Part shown: positions 24,500 to 37,900 of the stretch, one piece after another
How positions within the stretch are numbered: position 1 is the stretch's first letter
Layout of the letters: each line of letters starts with the position of its first letter
NCBI RefSeq assembly: GCF_030684315.1
Contig: NC_081362.1
Location: 41,877,744-41,941,743, forward strand
Reading direction: 5' to 3'
Length of the DNA stretch: 64,000 nucleotides
Origin: Stegostoma tigrinum
Lineage: Eukaryota
Made by a program: the position numbers and the translations under genes
The notes under the pieces: model-generated
The model's database searches: none
What the model was told of the DNA's origin: nothing
The model's input: only the letters and a program-made list of their open reading frames with translations

Positions 24500-26250
24500 T
24501 TTGGAGAATAAATTTGAACAAGGGTGTATACGGCAATGGTTTCCTGTCTGCTTAGATGAATCCTCTACCTTCCCACAGTGACAGGAAGTGATTTCAACTG
24601 TTGCAGACATACGTGCTGTCTGAGTATCTGTCTGCTAGTGGAGGAATATTTTTCAGGGTGGCTGACCATGCAGGTGCCAGCTGCTAGCTCGGCAGCCTGA
24701 GTGCTCATTTTGTTGGGAAACTTTGGCACTAGCTGTATCAGAGGTTCCCCTCTGTGATCCTCCAAGTATACATCACATCCTCCACTGAAGCACATCTGTC
24801 TGTAATATTCTTCTGGGGATCCTCTCATTTGTTCCCAGGTTCCCTTGCATCTTCCTCACAGTTTATTTTGACACAGCTAATCCCTTGGGAACTTCCGTTG
24901 CCACTATCTGGCACTCATGGGATTCTCCTCCGTAACTCATATTCTTGGTGAGGAAGGTAGGCACTGTGGTACCTTTGTCTGTAATGTTGCGACCCTATAA
25001 CCATAGGCTCTGACAGTATCCCTTTAAACCCAGAAAGGGACACAATGAGCTCACACCCCTGGGGGAGGGGCAAACGGATTATGGCCTTGATGCACTGTTT
25101 AATGCTTCCCCTGGGCTGTTACAGTTTCTAAGTATGAGAGCTGGATCTTCACGAATTGTGCTTCCTTGGGGTTAACTTTCAGTCCTGAGGGTGAATAGTT
25201 CCTTTTACACTGTTGACTAAATGTTTGGTCCTTGTACCTGTCCACATTCCATACCAAGCAGTCTGGTCAGGAAACCTTCTCTAACCCTTTCGTCAGTCTC
25301 TGATAAAATATTGATGGAGAATTTGAATACCCTGAGACAAGCAGGTACAGCAGTGTACTGTTTACTCTGAAATGTGAAGATGTTTTTGTATTGTCAGTAT
25401 TGGTGGAAGGAGGCCAGAACAAAATCCATAACTAATGTCTAGTATGGCGAAAAATATTTTGCTCATGAGGCGTGCCTCATCATGGTTTCAGGGCTAGTCA
25501 CTACTGTTGGTGCAGTGATTGTGGTTGTTTTATTGAGTTCCCTGTAATCAATGGTGAGCTGTCAAGAGCCGTCTGGTTTCTTAACTGGCCATATTAATGA
25601 GTTATTAATTGACATCAATGCTACAGGGTCTAGGACTTCTTGTTTTAACAAGCTGCTAATGACCTTGGCCACGTTCCCCTCTGCCTGCTTGGGGAAAGTG
25701 TATCGTTTTTGTGGCTTTGGATCCTGTCCGTCTATCATTACCTCACCATCTATAGGAACCGCAGTCGTGTTTGTTACTGATGAACACATGCTTCTGCTCT
25801 GTGAGAGTTGCCTGTGCTGCTGAGTCCTCTGTCATTCCAGAGCATCTAATCCACTACTTCCCCATGGAACATATTCCCTGTGTGTCTGTGCCTGGTGTAA
25901 TCTTCACTGGGGCCTCATCAAGCTCGGGCATTTGCCAAATATAGCAATTGCCTGGGTGAAAAGACAAATTACACTTCCTCATAAGATCCCAAGCCTAAAA
26001 TGTGCTCAGGACCCACATGGAGATTAACCAGCACAGCTGGGTGATGGCAGACTGTGTCTCCCAGTTTGAATTCTGTAGGTTCTGTCTCCACTCTCTCCTA
26101 AAGGTATCCAGTGAATCTGTTCAGAAGAATTTTCTTAATGGGTTGTTGTTGTCAAAATCTTGGGATGTGTTAAGTGTCATTCCAGATCACTCTGCATCCC
26201 TCGAAAACTCAACAGGGCAGCCTTCTACATCTCCACCCACCAGGAACCGT
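24500..26250 (-). pseudogene. Retroviral-type protease/RT/RNase H remnant
   Basis: PQKRYTFPKQAE...NNSLIWPVKKPDGS*QLTIDYRELNKT; FAILDISYGFC; RNase H STQAAELAA and YSDSTYV; possible degenerate protease GDVEGCPVEF near 26200-26240. Confidence 0.8.
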
Positions 26251-26481
26251 CCCACACTCTCCCATCTGGCACTGCCCACCACTGAGGAGAGAGGAGTGGC
26301 TCTGAGACACTTTGGGAAGTGTATCCAACCAGGGATACAAGGAGTTAGACGGTGGGATTTCCTCTACTTAATTTGGCTACGGTTTCCCCCCTACCAAATT
26401 ATCTGTTATTTGTTCCTCTGGTCCTTCCAGCAGCATAGACAGGGGTCTTAAGCCTTGTTCCTGCAGTGGCTCTAATCACCT

Positions 26482-26523
26482 GCAGTCCCCAACAAAGTGG
26501 CCTGTATGCCCACAAGTATACCA
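26482..26523 (-). other. Gag nucleocapsid CCHC zinc knuckle (first Cys mutated to Trp)
   Basis: Minus translation W-Y-T-C-G-H-T-G-H-F-V-G-D-C has CX2CX4HX4C spacing, with TGG in place of TGY. Confidence 0.7.
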
Positions 26524-26996
26524 TTTGCCTTGCAGCGATGGCAGCTGCCTCAGATTTCCCCGCTGCTGATGCCCATCTCTAACTATCAGATTGGCATATA
26601 CAGGTGGATGTCTCTGTTAATAACTCCCCTTGTTTTGATTGCCCCCCTGATTCCTCCACGTGGGACTGGGGTTTGGGGCTTTTACTGAGTGCATTTTCCC
26701 CTTGCCTGATCTGGGGGACTTTGATTCAAGAATGTCCTTTTCTCCCAAGCCAAGCCATCCTCCTTATCACCCACAGTTCTGCCTCATTGTTAGGTGAGGA
26801 TCATGTCTGGGTCCAATTTACTGTGTTTTGCAGCATCAGTGCAGTCTGATTTGCGTTATTCAAGACTTCTGAAAACTGTGACCGTTGGTGCCTGGCAAAA
26901 GCAGTTGGGTGCTTTCCCGTTCACTGCCTATACTTATTTAATCCCCTCCATATTGTCTTGCCTATTATGTCCTACAGCAGCTGGAATTGCCATTTC

Positions 26997-28862
26997 CATA
27001 GAACATAGAACATAGAACATTACAACACAGTACAGGCCCTTCGGCCCTCAATGTTGTGCCGACCTGTCATACCGATCTCAAGCCCATCTAATCTACACTA
27101 TTCCATGTACGTCCATATCCTTATCCAATGATGACTTAAATGTACCTAAAGTTGGCGAATCTACTACCGTTGCAGGCAAAGCGTTCCATTCCCTTATTAC
27201 TCTCTGAGTAAAGAAACTACCTCTGACATCTGTCCTATATCTTTCACCCTTTAATTTAAAGCTATGCCCCCTCGTGCTCGCTGTTACCGTCCTAGGAAAA
27301 AGGCTCTCCCTATCCACCCTATCTAACCCTCTGATTATTTTATATGTTTCAATTAAGTCACCTCTCAACCTTCTTCTCTCTAATGAAAACAGCCTCAAGT
27401 CCCTCAGCCTTTCCTCGTAAGACCTTCCCTCCATACCAGGTAACATCCTAGTAAATCTCCTCTGCACCCTTTTCAAAGCTTCCACATTCTTTTTATAATG
27501 CGGTGACCAGAACTGTACACAATACTCCAAGTGCGGCCGCACCAGAGTTTTGTACAGCTGTAGCATAACCTCATGGTTCCGGAACTCGATCCCTCTATTA
27601 ATAAAAGCTAAAACACTGCATGCCTTCTTAACAACCCTGTCAACCTGGGTGGCAACTTTCAAGGATATGTGTACATGGACACCGAGATCTCTCTGCTCAT
27701 CTACACTACTAAGAATCTTACCATTAGCCCTGTACTTTGCCTTCCGGTTGCTCCTACCAAAGTGCATCACCTCACACTTGTCTGCATTAAACTTCATTTG
27801 CCACCTCTCAGCCCAGCTCTGCAGGTTATCTATGTCTCTATGCAACCTACAGCATCCTTCGTCACTATCCACAACTCCACCAACCTTAGCGTCGTCTGCA
27901 AATTTACTAACCCATCCTTCTACGCCCTCATCCAGGTCATTTATAAAAATGACAAACAGCAGTGGACCCAACACCGACCCTTGCGGTACACCACTAGTAA
28001 CTGGAATCCAGGATGAACATTTCCCATCAACTACCACCTTCTGTCTTCTTTTAGTAAGCCAATTTCCGATCTAAACTGCTATATCTCCCACAATTCCATT
28101 CCTCTACATTTTGTACAATAGCCTATTGTGGGGAATCTTATCGAATGCCTTGCTGAAATCCATATACACCACATCAACCGGTTTACTCTCATCTACCTGT
28201 TTGGTCACCTTCACAAAGAACTCAATAAGGTTTGTGAGGCACGATCTTCCCTTCACAAAACTGTGCTGACTATCCCTAATCAATTTATTCTTTTCTAGAT
28301 GATTATAAATCCTATCCCTTATAACCTTTTCCAACACGTTACCAACAACTGAGGTAAGGCTCACTGGTCTATAATTACCAGGATTGTCTCTACTCCCCTT
28401 CTTGAACAGGGGAACCACATTTGCTATCCTCCAGTCATCTGGCACTATTCCTATAGACAATGACGAGTTAAAGATCAATGCCAAAAGCTTGGCAATCTCC
28501 TCCCTGGCTTCCCAGAGGATCCTAGGATAAATCCCATCCGGCCCAGGGGACTTATCTATCTTCACCCTGTGTAGGATTTCTAATACGTCTTCCTTGTGAA
28601 CCTCAATCCCACCTAGTCTAGTAGCCTATGTCTGAGTATTCTCCTCGACAACATTGTCATTTTCTGGAGTGAATACTGTTGAAAAATATTCATTTAGCAC
28701 TTCCCCTATCTCATCTGACTCCACACACAATTTACCACTACTATCTTTGACTGGGCCTAATCTTACTTGCGTCATTCTTTTATTCCTTAAATACCTATAG
28801 ACAGCCTTAGGGTTTACCCTGATCCTATCCACCAACAACTTCTCATGTCTCCTCCTGGCTTT
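26997..28862 (-). mobile_element. Young CR1 (HER1-type) LINE, 5'-truncated, inserted in gag
   Basis: ORF2 pieces KSPGPDGIYP...PGNYRPVSLTS...YMDFSKAFD...GVPQGSVLGPLLFVIFINDL...FADD...; only a few stops; (TATGTTC)n tail at 26997-27020. Confidence 0.95.
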
Positions 28863-29714
28863 TCTTGTTCAGATCACCAACAGTTTTCAGGCTGTGCCCC
28901 AATCACTGACCGTACGCTGCTCCGCCTGGTACGGTCTGTTGCACTGTCTGAAACTGCCCCAAGTGTACCACGTTTGCCTGGTTCCTCTGGTCCTGCTCTG
29001 CTGCTTTGACTCTTATTTCCTGCGGGTCCTGCTTCACTTTCTCCAGCTCCTTACTTAGCTCCACCTTCTCCCATTCTCTACATTGCAGCTGCTCCGTACA
29101 GTCTTGCTAAGGTTTAAAATGAACTTCCTTTCAGTCTTCCACATCACAGCCCAGCATTTCTGTCCTGTTGGTCCTGAATCAGATATTTACTCACTGCAAT
29201 GGTGGCCATTCTGAGGCCTTTGTACTCTGCACTGTGCCATTTCTCCTCATGCTCCCTTCTAATTTACTGATCTCTCTCTCTCTCTCTCTCTCTCTTTCAT
29301 GGGTCCTTGATCCTATATTAGCTGCATTTTCACTTCTCTGTGACTCTGGGTCCCTGACCCTTTTCTCTTTCTGTTATCTTGTATGTCCCTGACCTTAATA
29401 TCTGGCTTCTCACTTGTAATCAGCTTCCTTGCCTCTGTTTTCTGTGAGTCCCCTACAATGTACTAACCATGCCAGATTTCCTTGACCATTGTTCCCTAGC
29501 TCTGTACTAACTTTGTCTGTTTGTACTCCTCACATTATGAATGTTTGGCTTATGGCCTGATCACTGGTCGGAAACCTTCAACCTCTTTCACCCATTTGAA
29601 TTCTGGTTGTCATGTGGGGCAGCTGCCCTCTTAATTACACTCAGGCTGGATGTATGACAGTTCAAGGTTGGTCGGTTTTGACTCCGGAAGTTGGACAAAT
29701 ACTTCTAGCTGAAG

Positions 29715-29732
29715 GCCAATCCATGGATGCCA
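29715..29732 (-). other. Primer-binding site, tRNA-Asn-like
   Basis: Minus strand TGGCATCCATGGATTGGC, 1 nt after the LTR end; 14/18 match to TGGCGTCCCTGGGTGGGC, the complement of the vertebrate tRNA-Asn(GUU) 3' end as recalled. Confidence 0.65.
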
Positions 29733-29733
29733 A

Positions 29734-30519
29734 TGTTGTCCGTGCATTGGACCCTTTGAACAGTTTCTGTGTTAAAAATACCTTACCTGAGCATTCTTAT
29801 TAGTGAGGCAGAACTAAGGGGCACAAAATTTGGTTTGTTGTGCAACTTAGTTTTATTAACAAAAACATTGCTCATTAAACATTGCCCCCCCAAATTCCTA
29901 TAAATATTTAGTCTCTACCCAGCTCTATCCATCTGAGAAAAGATATAACTTGTAACAATCCACATGTTTGAGCTGGGCTGTTGAAATATCCTTCCGCTAG
30001 ATATAAGGTTGGCTCTCCTCCAGGAAGATAGGACACATGGGCCAGGGCAGATTTTCTCCTGGGTCTTCTCAAATCACTGAATGGCTTTCCACCTCAAGTC
30101 CTGCTGTGAGTCTTACCTGCATGTGTAAGCTAAGCTTTCATTGATTTCCCCACGCCGCACCACCCCCCACCACCTTACACAGGCCCTTCGAAATGTTCTG
30201 TGGCCAATGGGGTTATGAACTGGGTTCAAATCATCCAATGGTGTGGCCATGCCAAGAGATGTAAACTGCATATACACGGATAGTAAAGGTGCCATAACAT
30301 CTGATTGACACTTCTCCAATACATAACCCTCAGGCTGATTGTAACTGGTTTTCCTTCAACTTTTGTAACCTCTTCGATCTTGAATTCCTTCATTCTCTGT
30401 AGTCGTTAGCAGTTGGCTGCAGTTTGATTTCGTTTGGTCAGTTTTTGGTCAGGCCTGATTTCTCTGGCTGTGGGTCAAATTAGAATGTCCAATTTTGTGT
30501 CCATGGTTGCTTGACAACA
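29734..30519 (-). repeat. 5' LTR of the provirus
   Basis: Bounded by the perfect terminal inverted repeat TGTTGTC...GACAACA; homologous to 22413-23166; followed on the minus strand by the PBS. Confidence 0.85.
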
Positions 30520-31239
30520 CAATGCTATTTATTATATGTTAATACCAATTGCTGCTATACATGGGAATCATTAGACATAACAAGCATTGACTTATTGTTA
30601 CATTACATGAACTATCTTCTTCATGCAGTCATGCCCATGTTAGAGTCTGATCTTGTACTGAGTTCCAAACAACACTGTGGAAGCCTTCTTCCAGAAAGTT
30701 CTAACTCTGCCCACTCTATGGCATTTATACTCAGTGGGATCATTGCAAGGTTGCTCCAGGATCTTGACACTGTTACACAACACCCACAGACAATCCTCTT
30801 TCCCTGTCATAAATATTGCTTAACAGTTGTGTAGTTTCTCAACTTAGTCATGTAATTTTTTAAATTTTCCATACATTTTTCCTTATCCCTCCTAACCCTC
30901 CCCAAGTCTTAGACTTGATGCTTCTGTTGTAATAGGTAAATTAGGAAAGTCTATGACCTGCTAATGAAGTACGTGAGATAAAGTTAGTGATTTTGTTTGC
31001 TCTCTGCCGGCTTCTATTAGATCAGAGATTCAATTCATCTGATTGAAAGAACTTGCGGTGATGTAACTTCAGGACTGCGGCAGAATTGTGAAGTGATTAC
31101 AATTCTTCTGCTCCACTATCCTTGTTGGATGCAATTGTTAACTTCCCTGGAAAAAATGAAGTAATCCATTGATGTGTGTTGTTCTCTTGTATTGTTAATC
31201 TATACATTAAGGTATTGTTCCAAGGCATAAGTACACATA

Positions 31240-31470
31240 ATAAAAACAGAAAGTGCTGAAGAAAGCAACAGGTCTGGCAGCATCTGTGGAGAGAAACAGA
31301 GTTAACACTTAAAATCCAATAAGACTCTTCTTTACAGGTCCAAATAATTGTGTTCTGGAGAAGCTGAACTTGAAATGTTAATTCTGTTTCTCTTTCAATA
31401 GATGCTGCCTGAGCCTCCATAGCATTTTCTATTTCCATTTCAGATTTTCAGGTTCCATGGTATTTTGCTT
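31240..31470. mobile_element. Older palindromic Penelope-derived mini-element
   Basis: AAAAACAGAAAGTGCTG...CAGGTCTGGCAGCATCTG...GAGTTAACA, then GTTCTGGAGAAG...CTTGAAATGTTAATTCTG...AGATGCTGCC. Confidence 0.65.
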
Positions 31471-31986
31471 TTACATTAATATACATGTTGACTTGTGAAT
31501 GATTTAATTTATTGCTTAGTTTTTCAGGTTATAGCATATCTCCGAGAAGTGGCTTATTTTTGTTACAATGAGTAGTCAGTGGAAGGCTGAACAATTTTGC
31601 CCTTGCTGATGTGGGCTTTTGGAACCTCAGCAGTGACAAGATGCAGAAGCATTAGATTGCTTTGGAATTTGTGCTGATGGTATGTCACATGTGGTATATT
31701 GTTCAGATGAGAGGTCTGTTACCCCTGTCTGTGCTTTAAGGAGACAGCATGCTTTGTAGAATGTTTCGCATTCAATTGAACTTTTGCATAAATTGCTTCT
31801 TGAACAACTTCCTAGATTCTGCATCCACTGCAGCTTGGACTGCTTATTCTAGAGTGAGATCTTCTTTTGCTTCCCCTAGGAAAAATAAAATAGTCCATTT
31901 TTGTGTTGTTCTTTTTCATGTTAAGCTTGTTCTCTTGCAGTGTTAACCTATTCTTCAAGGTTTTGTTCAAAGATATGAATATACAC

Positions 31987-32200
31987 AACAAAAACAGAAA
32001 GTGAAAAAAATCCTGCAGGTCTGGCAACATCTATGGACAGAAATAGAGTTAACGCTTCAAGTCCAACATGACTCTTCTTTGGAGCTCCAAATAATTGAGT
32101 CTGGAGAAGTCTCATACTGGACTCTGTTTCTCTCTCCACAGATGCTGCCAAACCTCTCGAGTCTCTATACCATTTTCTATTTGCATTTCAGATTTTGAGG
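31987..32200. mobile_element. Older palindromic Penelope-derived mini-element
   Basis: Same inverted arm arrangement; the minus-strand stem II variant reads GAGTC-ATGTTG-GACTT. Confidence 0.65.
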
Positions 32201-33634
32201 TTCCAAGTTTTTTGATTTCTTCTTTTGATTTAAGAAGTCCAGTGATTTGTATAAGAAGCTAATAACATTGCTGTTGCAAATGAGCTGTTGTTGTGATTTT
32301 CCCAGTTGCATGGTTCAGATTATTTCATTACCAACTTGAATTACTGTCTAGAGACACTCCTGGAGGTTATACGCATTATTGAGGCATGATTTCACCAGTG
32401 CCTTATTTGCTTTTGAATTAAACTATTATCAAAACAGGCCATGAAGTTATCAAATGGCACTTTGTTCCAAACTGATCTGTTGTCTTTACAGCACGTGATC
32501 TGACACTTTTCTTTCATATACAGAGAAGTGTGCTAACCAATTCTGTATTTAATTTGGTTTCCAGTGCTGATACATTTTGTAAACTTACGAATTGTGCTTT
32601 CCACAAATGTTAATTTGTTGACCTATCAAATGAAACAAAAATTTGAATTTTTCTGGTGGAAAGATCTGTATCAATTTTTTTTTGCATTGGTTGATTGTTG
32701 ATAGGCCCTTGAACTTATTAATTAATTCCTTCATTTGGAAAATGAATATTATGATTTTGATCTTTTTGTGCTACACTCATTTTGTTACCTTGGTATATTT
32801 GTCGATTAAAGCTGTTGAACCTTTATTTTGTAATGAATATTGTTGTTGTACTAAAACTGAAAGTTGTGAAAGTTTGTGCTGTTTTCAATGATGATTTCAA
32901 TAAATTTCAGTTTGTCTTTTACAATTTGGCTTCTTCATAGAGGTGAATTGAAAATATTCCCTTTTAAAGTGTCTGAAGGATTTCTGAAAGGTCTGTAGGT
33001 AGAAACTTAGCAAAATGGCTTCAATCTGATTTGAAAGTGTTTTGTTTATATCAAAGATAACTTCTGTGACATCGTTGGCTCTGAATTTTTACTGAGTCTG
33101 AGGTATTTTGGAGTGAATTCAAGACCACATGATCAGGCTTGCAAAATTTTTTTTATCTTCTTTTCATATTTTATTTAATAAAGTTGATAAAATTACTTAT
33201 TTGTTGAATAAAACTTTGAATTTGTCATTCAAATCATGGAAATGACAGAGACATTATTATCTTTACTGATGCTTTGAAAAACAACAGCAACTTTTACTAT
33301 TGATTTTTTTTTCCTTTTGCAATTGTGTTCTTTAAACTGAAAGATCATCTTAAATTGCTATTGTTAAATTTGTCAACATAAATTTATTAACCCTCTGTAG
33401 AAATCTTGACTTGACTTTGCAGCCTTGTTTTTCACATGGAAATTAGAATTTTTTTGTCCCTTCCATGAAGAGATCAAATGTACTTTGGATGCCTGAGAAT
33501 TTGTCTCTTTACACATGCATTCAATTTGGATTTGTTCCCTTATCTGTTAGTGAATTTTTGTACTGTCATTGTCTTCTTAAAAGCTTGTTTCCTTTATTGC
33601 TGCCTATAACTGGCTTTTTGGCACTTTTGAAGAA

Positions 33635-33720
33635 ATTCTGAGGTAGAATCATTGGACTTGAAACATTGACTTTGTTTCTGTCTGCACAGCTGATGACAGT
33701 CCTGCTGAGTTTCACCACGC
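33635..33720 (+). mobile_element. Decayed Penelope terminal repeat
   Basis: TTCTGAGGTAGAATCATTGGACTTGAAACATTGACT...CCTGCTGAGTTT. Confidence 0.5.
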
Positions 33721-34939
33721 CTTTTGATCTAATATTTGGTGCTTACAGTATTCTGATGGTTTCTCTGAAGGAAATTTTTGTTCAGGGATGCTTCCTTTAT
33801 AGCAGTTGCTGAGCTCTGAAACTTTTTTTCCTTGGAGCTCCTACCAGCCTTAAAGCTGTAACAACAATTTATTGAAAAAAAATTAAAAATACCTCACTTC
33901 TCTAGACAATCTTGGGTTTCTTTCAAGATCTTCACTGTTGCCACAATTTCCTAGGCAATGCATCCCATAGTTCTATCTTCTATCGTGTGGCTTGATGCCA
34001 TACTATGAATTTGGCAATATGTCAGAATGATCAAAGAAAAGGCAAAGAACTGCCTATGGGCTTAGACTACAAAGTAAAATTATTAATTATACATTAATAA
34101 TAAACATTGCTATGCATGGCAATTATAAGTATACAAGTCTCTGACTTAAAGTTACATTAAGTGAGTGTTAATCGACCTTCTTCTCATGTACGTGTTGCAG
34201 TCTGGTTTTGTTTAGTGTCGAGTCCCAGACTAGATTGTCTTAGTCTTCTTCCGGAGTGTTCTAACTTAGCCTATCTTGTGCTCTCAAATGTGGCTCTCAA
34301 GCCCTATATGAGCTTTAAGGTGTGTGTTAAAATCTCCCTCAAAGACCAAACTTTTGCTCTTCTAATATTTCTTCATGTGGTTAGGCATCGAATATCGTTT
34401 TAGCACACTTCTATAAATCTCTTTCGGACATTCTACTACGTTTTGAACACTATAAAATGCAATTTGGCATTGTTGCTGATGTTGTCAAAGGCCTGAAGAA
34501 AAATGTAGAAATAGTTGTCAATTCCAGCCAAGTGATGAAAATACTTGATCTTTATCAAGTCATCAATTGCTTAGATCAGCAAACGGCCTTGCTTTGTTTA
34601 ATTAAAGGTTCTGCAAATAAGATTCACTCAGCCTAAGTATATCCGAAATTGTGAATTGTTTTGCTGCTGACTTGTCAGGGAACCTATGTATATTTGAAAG
34701 ATACGTTTTCATTCCTAATTGTCTTTTCCTAATTGTCAAAAATACTTGTAAGACCTTCCTTTGTGTTGGTAAGCACTTTAAAGCAAACATGGAAGTTTCC
34801 TTTATAAAAGCTTATTTTCACAGAAAGCTCATCAGTTGGGGCATGTAGAACACTATGTGTATCCAAATTCATGTGCAGGCTTCACACTGCACAACTTTGG
34901 TCCAAAGTAAAATTTAAGACCTAGACAACAGATGGGAAT

Positions 34940-37900
34940 TTATTGTATAAGTTAATGGCTCTGAAAAAGTTAATGTTGATGACTGAATTAAGCTCCATCT
35001 AATCTAATGATGTCATACAATCTTCGGTGGGGAAGTTGGAGAATAGCTCTAATCTTAAAGGAGACAGATATGTGGTCTATGTCGCTCAGTGATCTTAGTA
35101 ATAATACCTAATTGGCTAATGTAACTTGTACATAATTGCTGTCATAAAAATGCTTAATCTTGTGAAGACGTGAGCATCTTCTAACCAATGGTTATTCTTG
35201 CATACTGTGAACCAAATATTAAATTCAGTCAAGGCAAGATGAATGGTGGCAGAAACCTTTTACCATAAATATCACACATTCATCAAAAGTGAGAGTCATT
35301 GCTTAATACCAGAGGGTACAGTGGCAAAAAATCCATTAGGCCCAAGTGAAGGAATTATATAAAATTAAATGAGTTTACAACCTTACAGACTTGATGGGTA
35401 TTTTAGCTTTAGGAAGTATTCCTGCAGACAATCAGCAGTTGCAAGCTCTTTAACCAACAAGCAGTAGGAACTCATGAAAAACCAAAAAGAAAGAAACTGC
35501 ACTCCAGACTAAAAATATTAATTCAGACCTGATATGACAAGAAGCAGAATGCTGTAGAGACAGCTTAAAGACTAGTTATACCTGCCAGTTATATATTTCA
35601 TCAAGAAGTGAGGATCTGTTGGAGCATTTCCAATCAGGCAATCAGACAGAAAGCGAAGGTATCAAAATCTCATGAGTAAAGTTAAAAATCCCTATTGGGC
35701 AAGGGGGAAACCTTTAAATTATTTGTACAAAATACAGGCTGAGAAGGCTAGAAATACAAATAGGGCTTTTACAGTTCATCAATAACATTACTGCCATAGT
35801 AAATGGATATCAAGAGGAACAGATAGAGTAGGAAAATCAAGGGTCATTGGTGTTTTATATGGAAGTCCTAGTAGCAGGAATGTTGCAAAGTGAAACTTAG
35901 AACATAAAAGCAATCATTTAGAAGCTAAAGCCAGCAGCCTAACAGAGGAAGGTAGTTGTAAGAACTTTGAGTGTGATTAAGCAGGTGATCCATAATTTAA
36001 ACTGTGATTCTGCCATGAAAAATGCATTAACACCTCAGGCATTAGGCTTTATTTGGAGAAAAAAAGCTGCATTTTTTATTAGGCCAAGAAGGGTGGGAAA
36101 TCATCCTTTTTGACTATGACAAGATGTGAAATCTCCATTTTGACTGCAAAAACCCAGGAAAACCCCCAGTAAGCAATACGATGATGCAAAATTACTATTT
36201 AACAGAATTAAACTCCTTAGAGAAAGAAAATAAAATTGCTATTTACAGAAGTGAATAGCAATTACATCTGCAGATTGAGACACTGCAAAATTAAAGATTT
36301 AAAGAAGAAAATAAATAATTACAGGAGGAAGCCATGGTGGAAGAAATAGTATTACCTGCAAAATTAAATATTAGAGCTGAACCGAATAGAATACAGAATT
36401 AGACATCTTGGAGAAAACAGTCCTTAAGATGCTTGAAGCTTGAATATTAAATCACAAGCAGGCAAAGTAAATATACTGCATTCAGTAGCAATTACCAAAA
36501 CATAACTAAAGTTGCAAATATATTCTGAAGATCTTCAAGCTTTTAACATTTGCTTATGACAATAAAATATATTCTATTCTATTTACTTTAATATGAATAA
36601 AAATCTTAAGAAAGCAAGATTTAACAGAACAATACCGCATTCAAGGGTATCCATAAAAGATTCATTATGTGATCCCTACAGATTAGTGGAAATATAGTTA
36701 TGGAGCTTTGAAAACAGCGTTCATAAGAGACAAAATTGATATTGGATTTATTGATGCACTTTAGCAGATTTATTTCTGTACAAAGATTGATTTTGGAGAA
36801 AACTATTCAAATTGTGCTAGAAACAGAAACCAGGAAGAAGAACAGTCAAATCCTGACAAGAGAAGGACTATCTTATCATGGGAGAGCAAAGAGTGCTGGA
36901 TAATGGATAATGTATACATAATTCAAAATGAAGAAACCTCATTCTTGAGCAAGATTGCAGATTTTTCCTTCAATTTTCTTCAAAGGTGAAAATGTTGAAT
37001 AGTGCAGGAATAAAAGTGCTTTTAAGAAAAGTTGCCCTAAATTCTTTACAGAATGAGGGAAATGAAGTGCTGAGTATGGCTTCACACTAAAGAAGGATGC
37101 TAAACTTTGTCTCTGTGTATCCAGAAACATTCTCTCAAGAATCAAGTTTAGAAGCAACTTGAGGAAATGATCAGAAAGGGCATTAGTTCCCACATGACAC
37201 AGCCAAATGGTGTTCAGCCGTAGTCACTGTACTCAAATCTACAGTCTATCAGAATATGTATTGATGCAACAGAGCTCAATGAGGCTACAGCAAGGTAGAA
37301 CCATCCAGTTGTACTATCCAGATGCCTTTAGATAACAACAAAAATATATGGTATCTTTATCATTCCATTTGGAAGATTTTGTTTCAATTGACTGCCATTT
37401 GGGATCCATTCACTTGTTGTGAAATGTTATTGATAAGAATGGATTTGTGCCAGACCCACAGAATATTAAGGCTATTAAGCAGTTTTCCAACTGGAAATCA
37501 TTTCATGATTTGTCAAGATTTCTAGACATTGCAAAATAGCTGGTGAAGTTTTGCCTCGCTAGGCAATTACAACTGAAACTTGAGTCAACAAGGATGGTGC
37601 AGGAACTCGTTTCATGAAGACGCTTTCCAAAAATCAAGGACATGCTGACATCCTGGCCCGTACAGTCCAAATAAATATCTTAGCTCAAAATGCCCAAGCT
37701 CAAGGCATAGGAGTAGTGCTCTTTCAGGAGATGGACATTAGAATCTGATGTATTAAGTCTCCGGAGCATTGTCAGACATGGAGACACATTACACAATTAC
37801 AGGGAAGCAGGCTTTCTTGGTCACATGGGCATGTGAAAGATTTTCAAAGTATATCTTTCGCTTCAAAGTGCTGATAGAAATGGATCATAAATATTGACCT

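Larger units (their letters stand above)
22413..30519 (-). mobile_element. Endogenous retrovirus-like provirus (LTR-gag-pol-LTR, no env), decayed, with nested CR1 and Penelope insertions
   Basis: Paired LTRs, PBS, PPT, CCHC knuckle, RT, retroviral-type RNase H and DDE integrase motifs in the correct minus-strand order (see sub-features). Confidence 0.85.

Noticed and set aside
27550-28074. Plus-strand ORFs of 174 and 115 aa
   Set aside because: Antisense shadows of CR1 ORF2.
22413-30519. Calling the provirus a true foamy virus
   Set aside because: It has a CCHC Gag knuckle and no env or accessory region; RT motif similarity alone is insufficient without a phylogeny.
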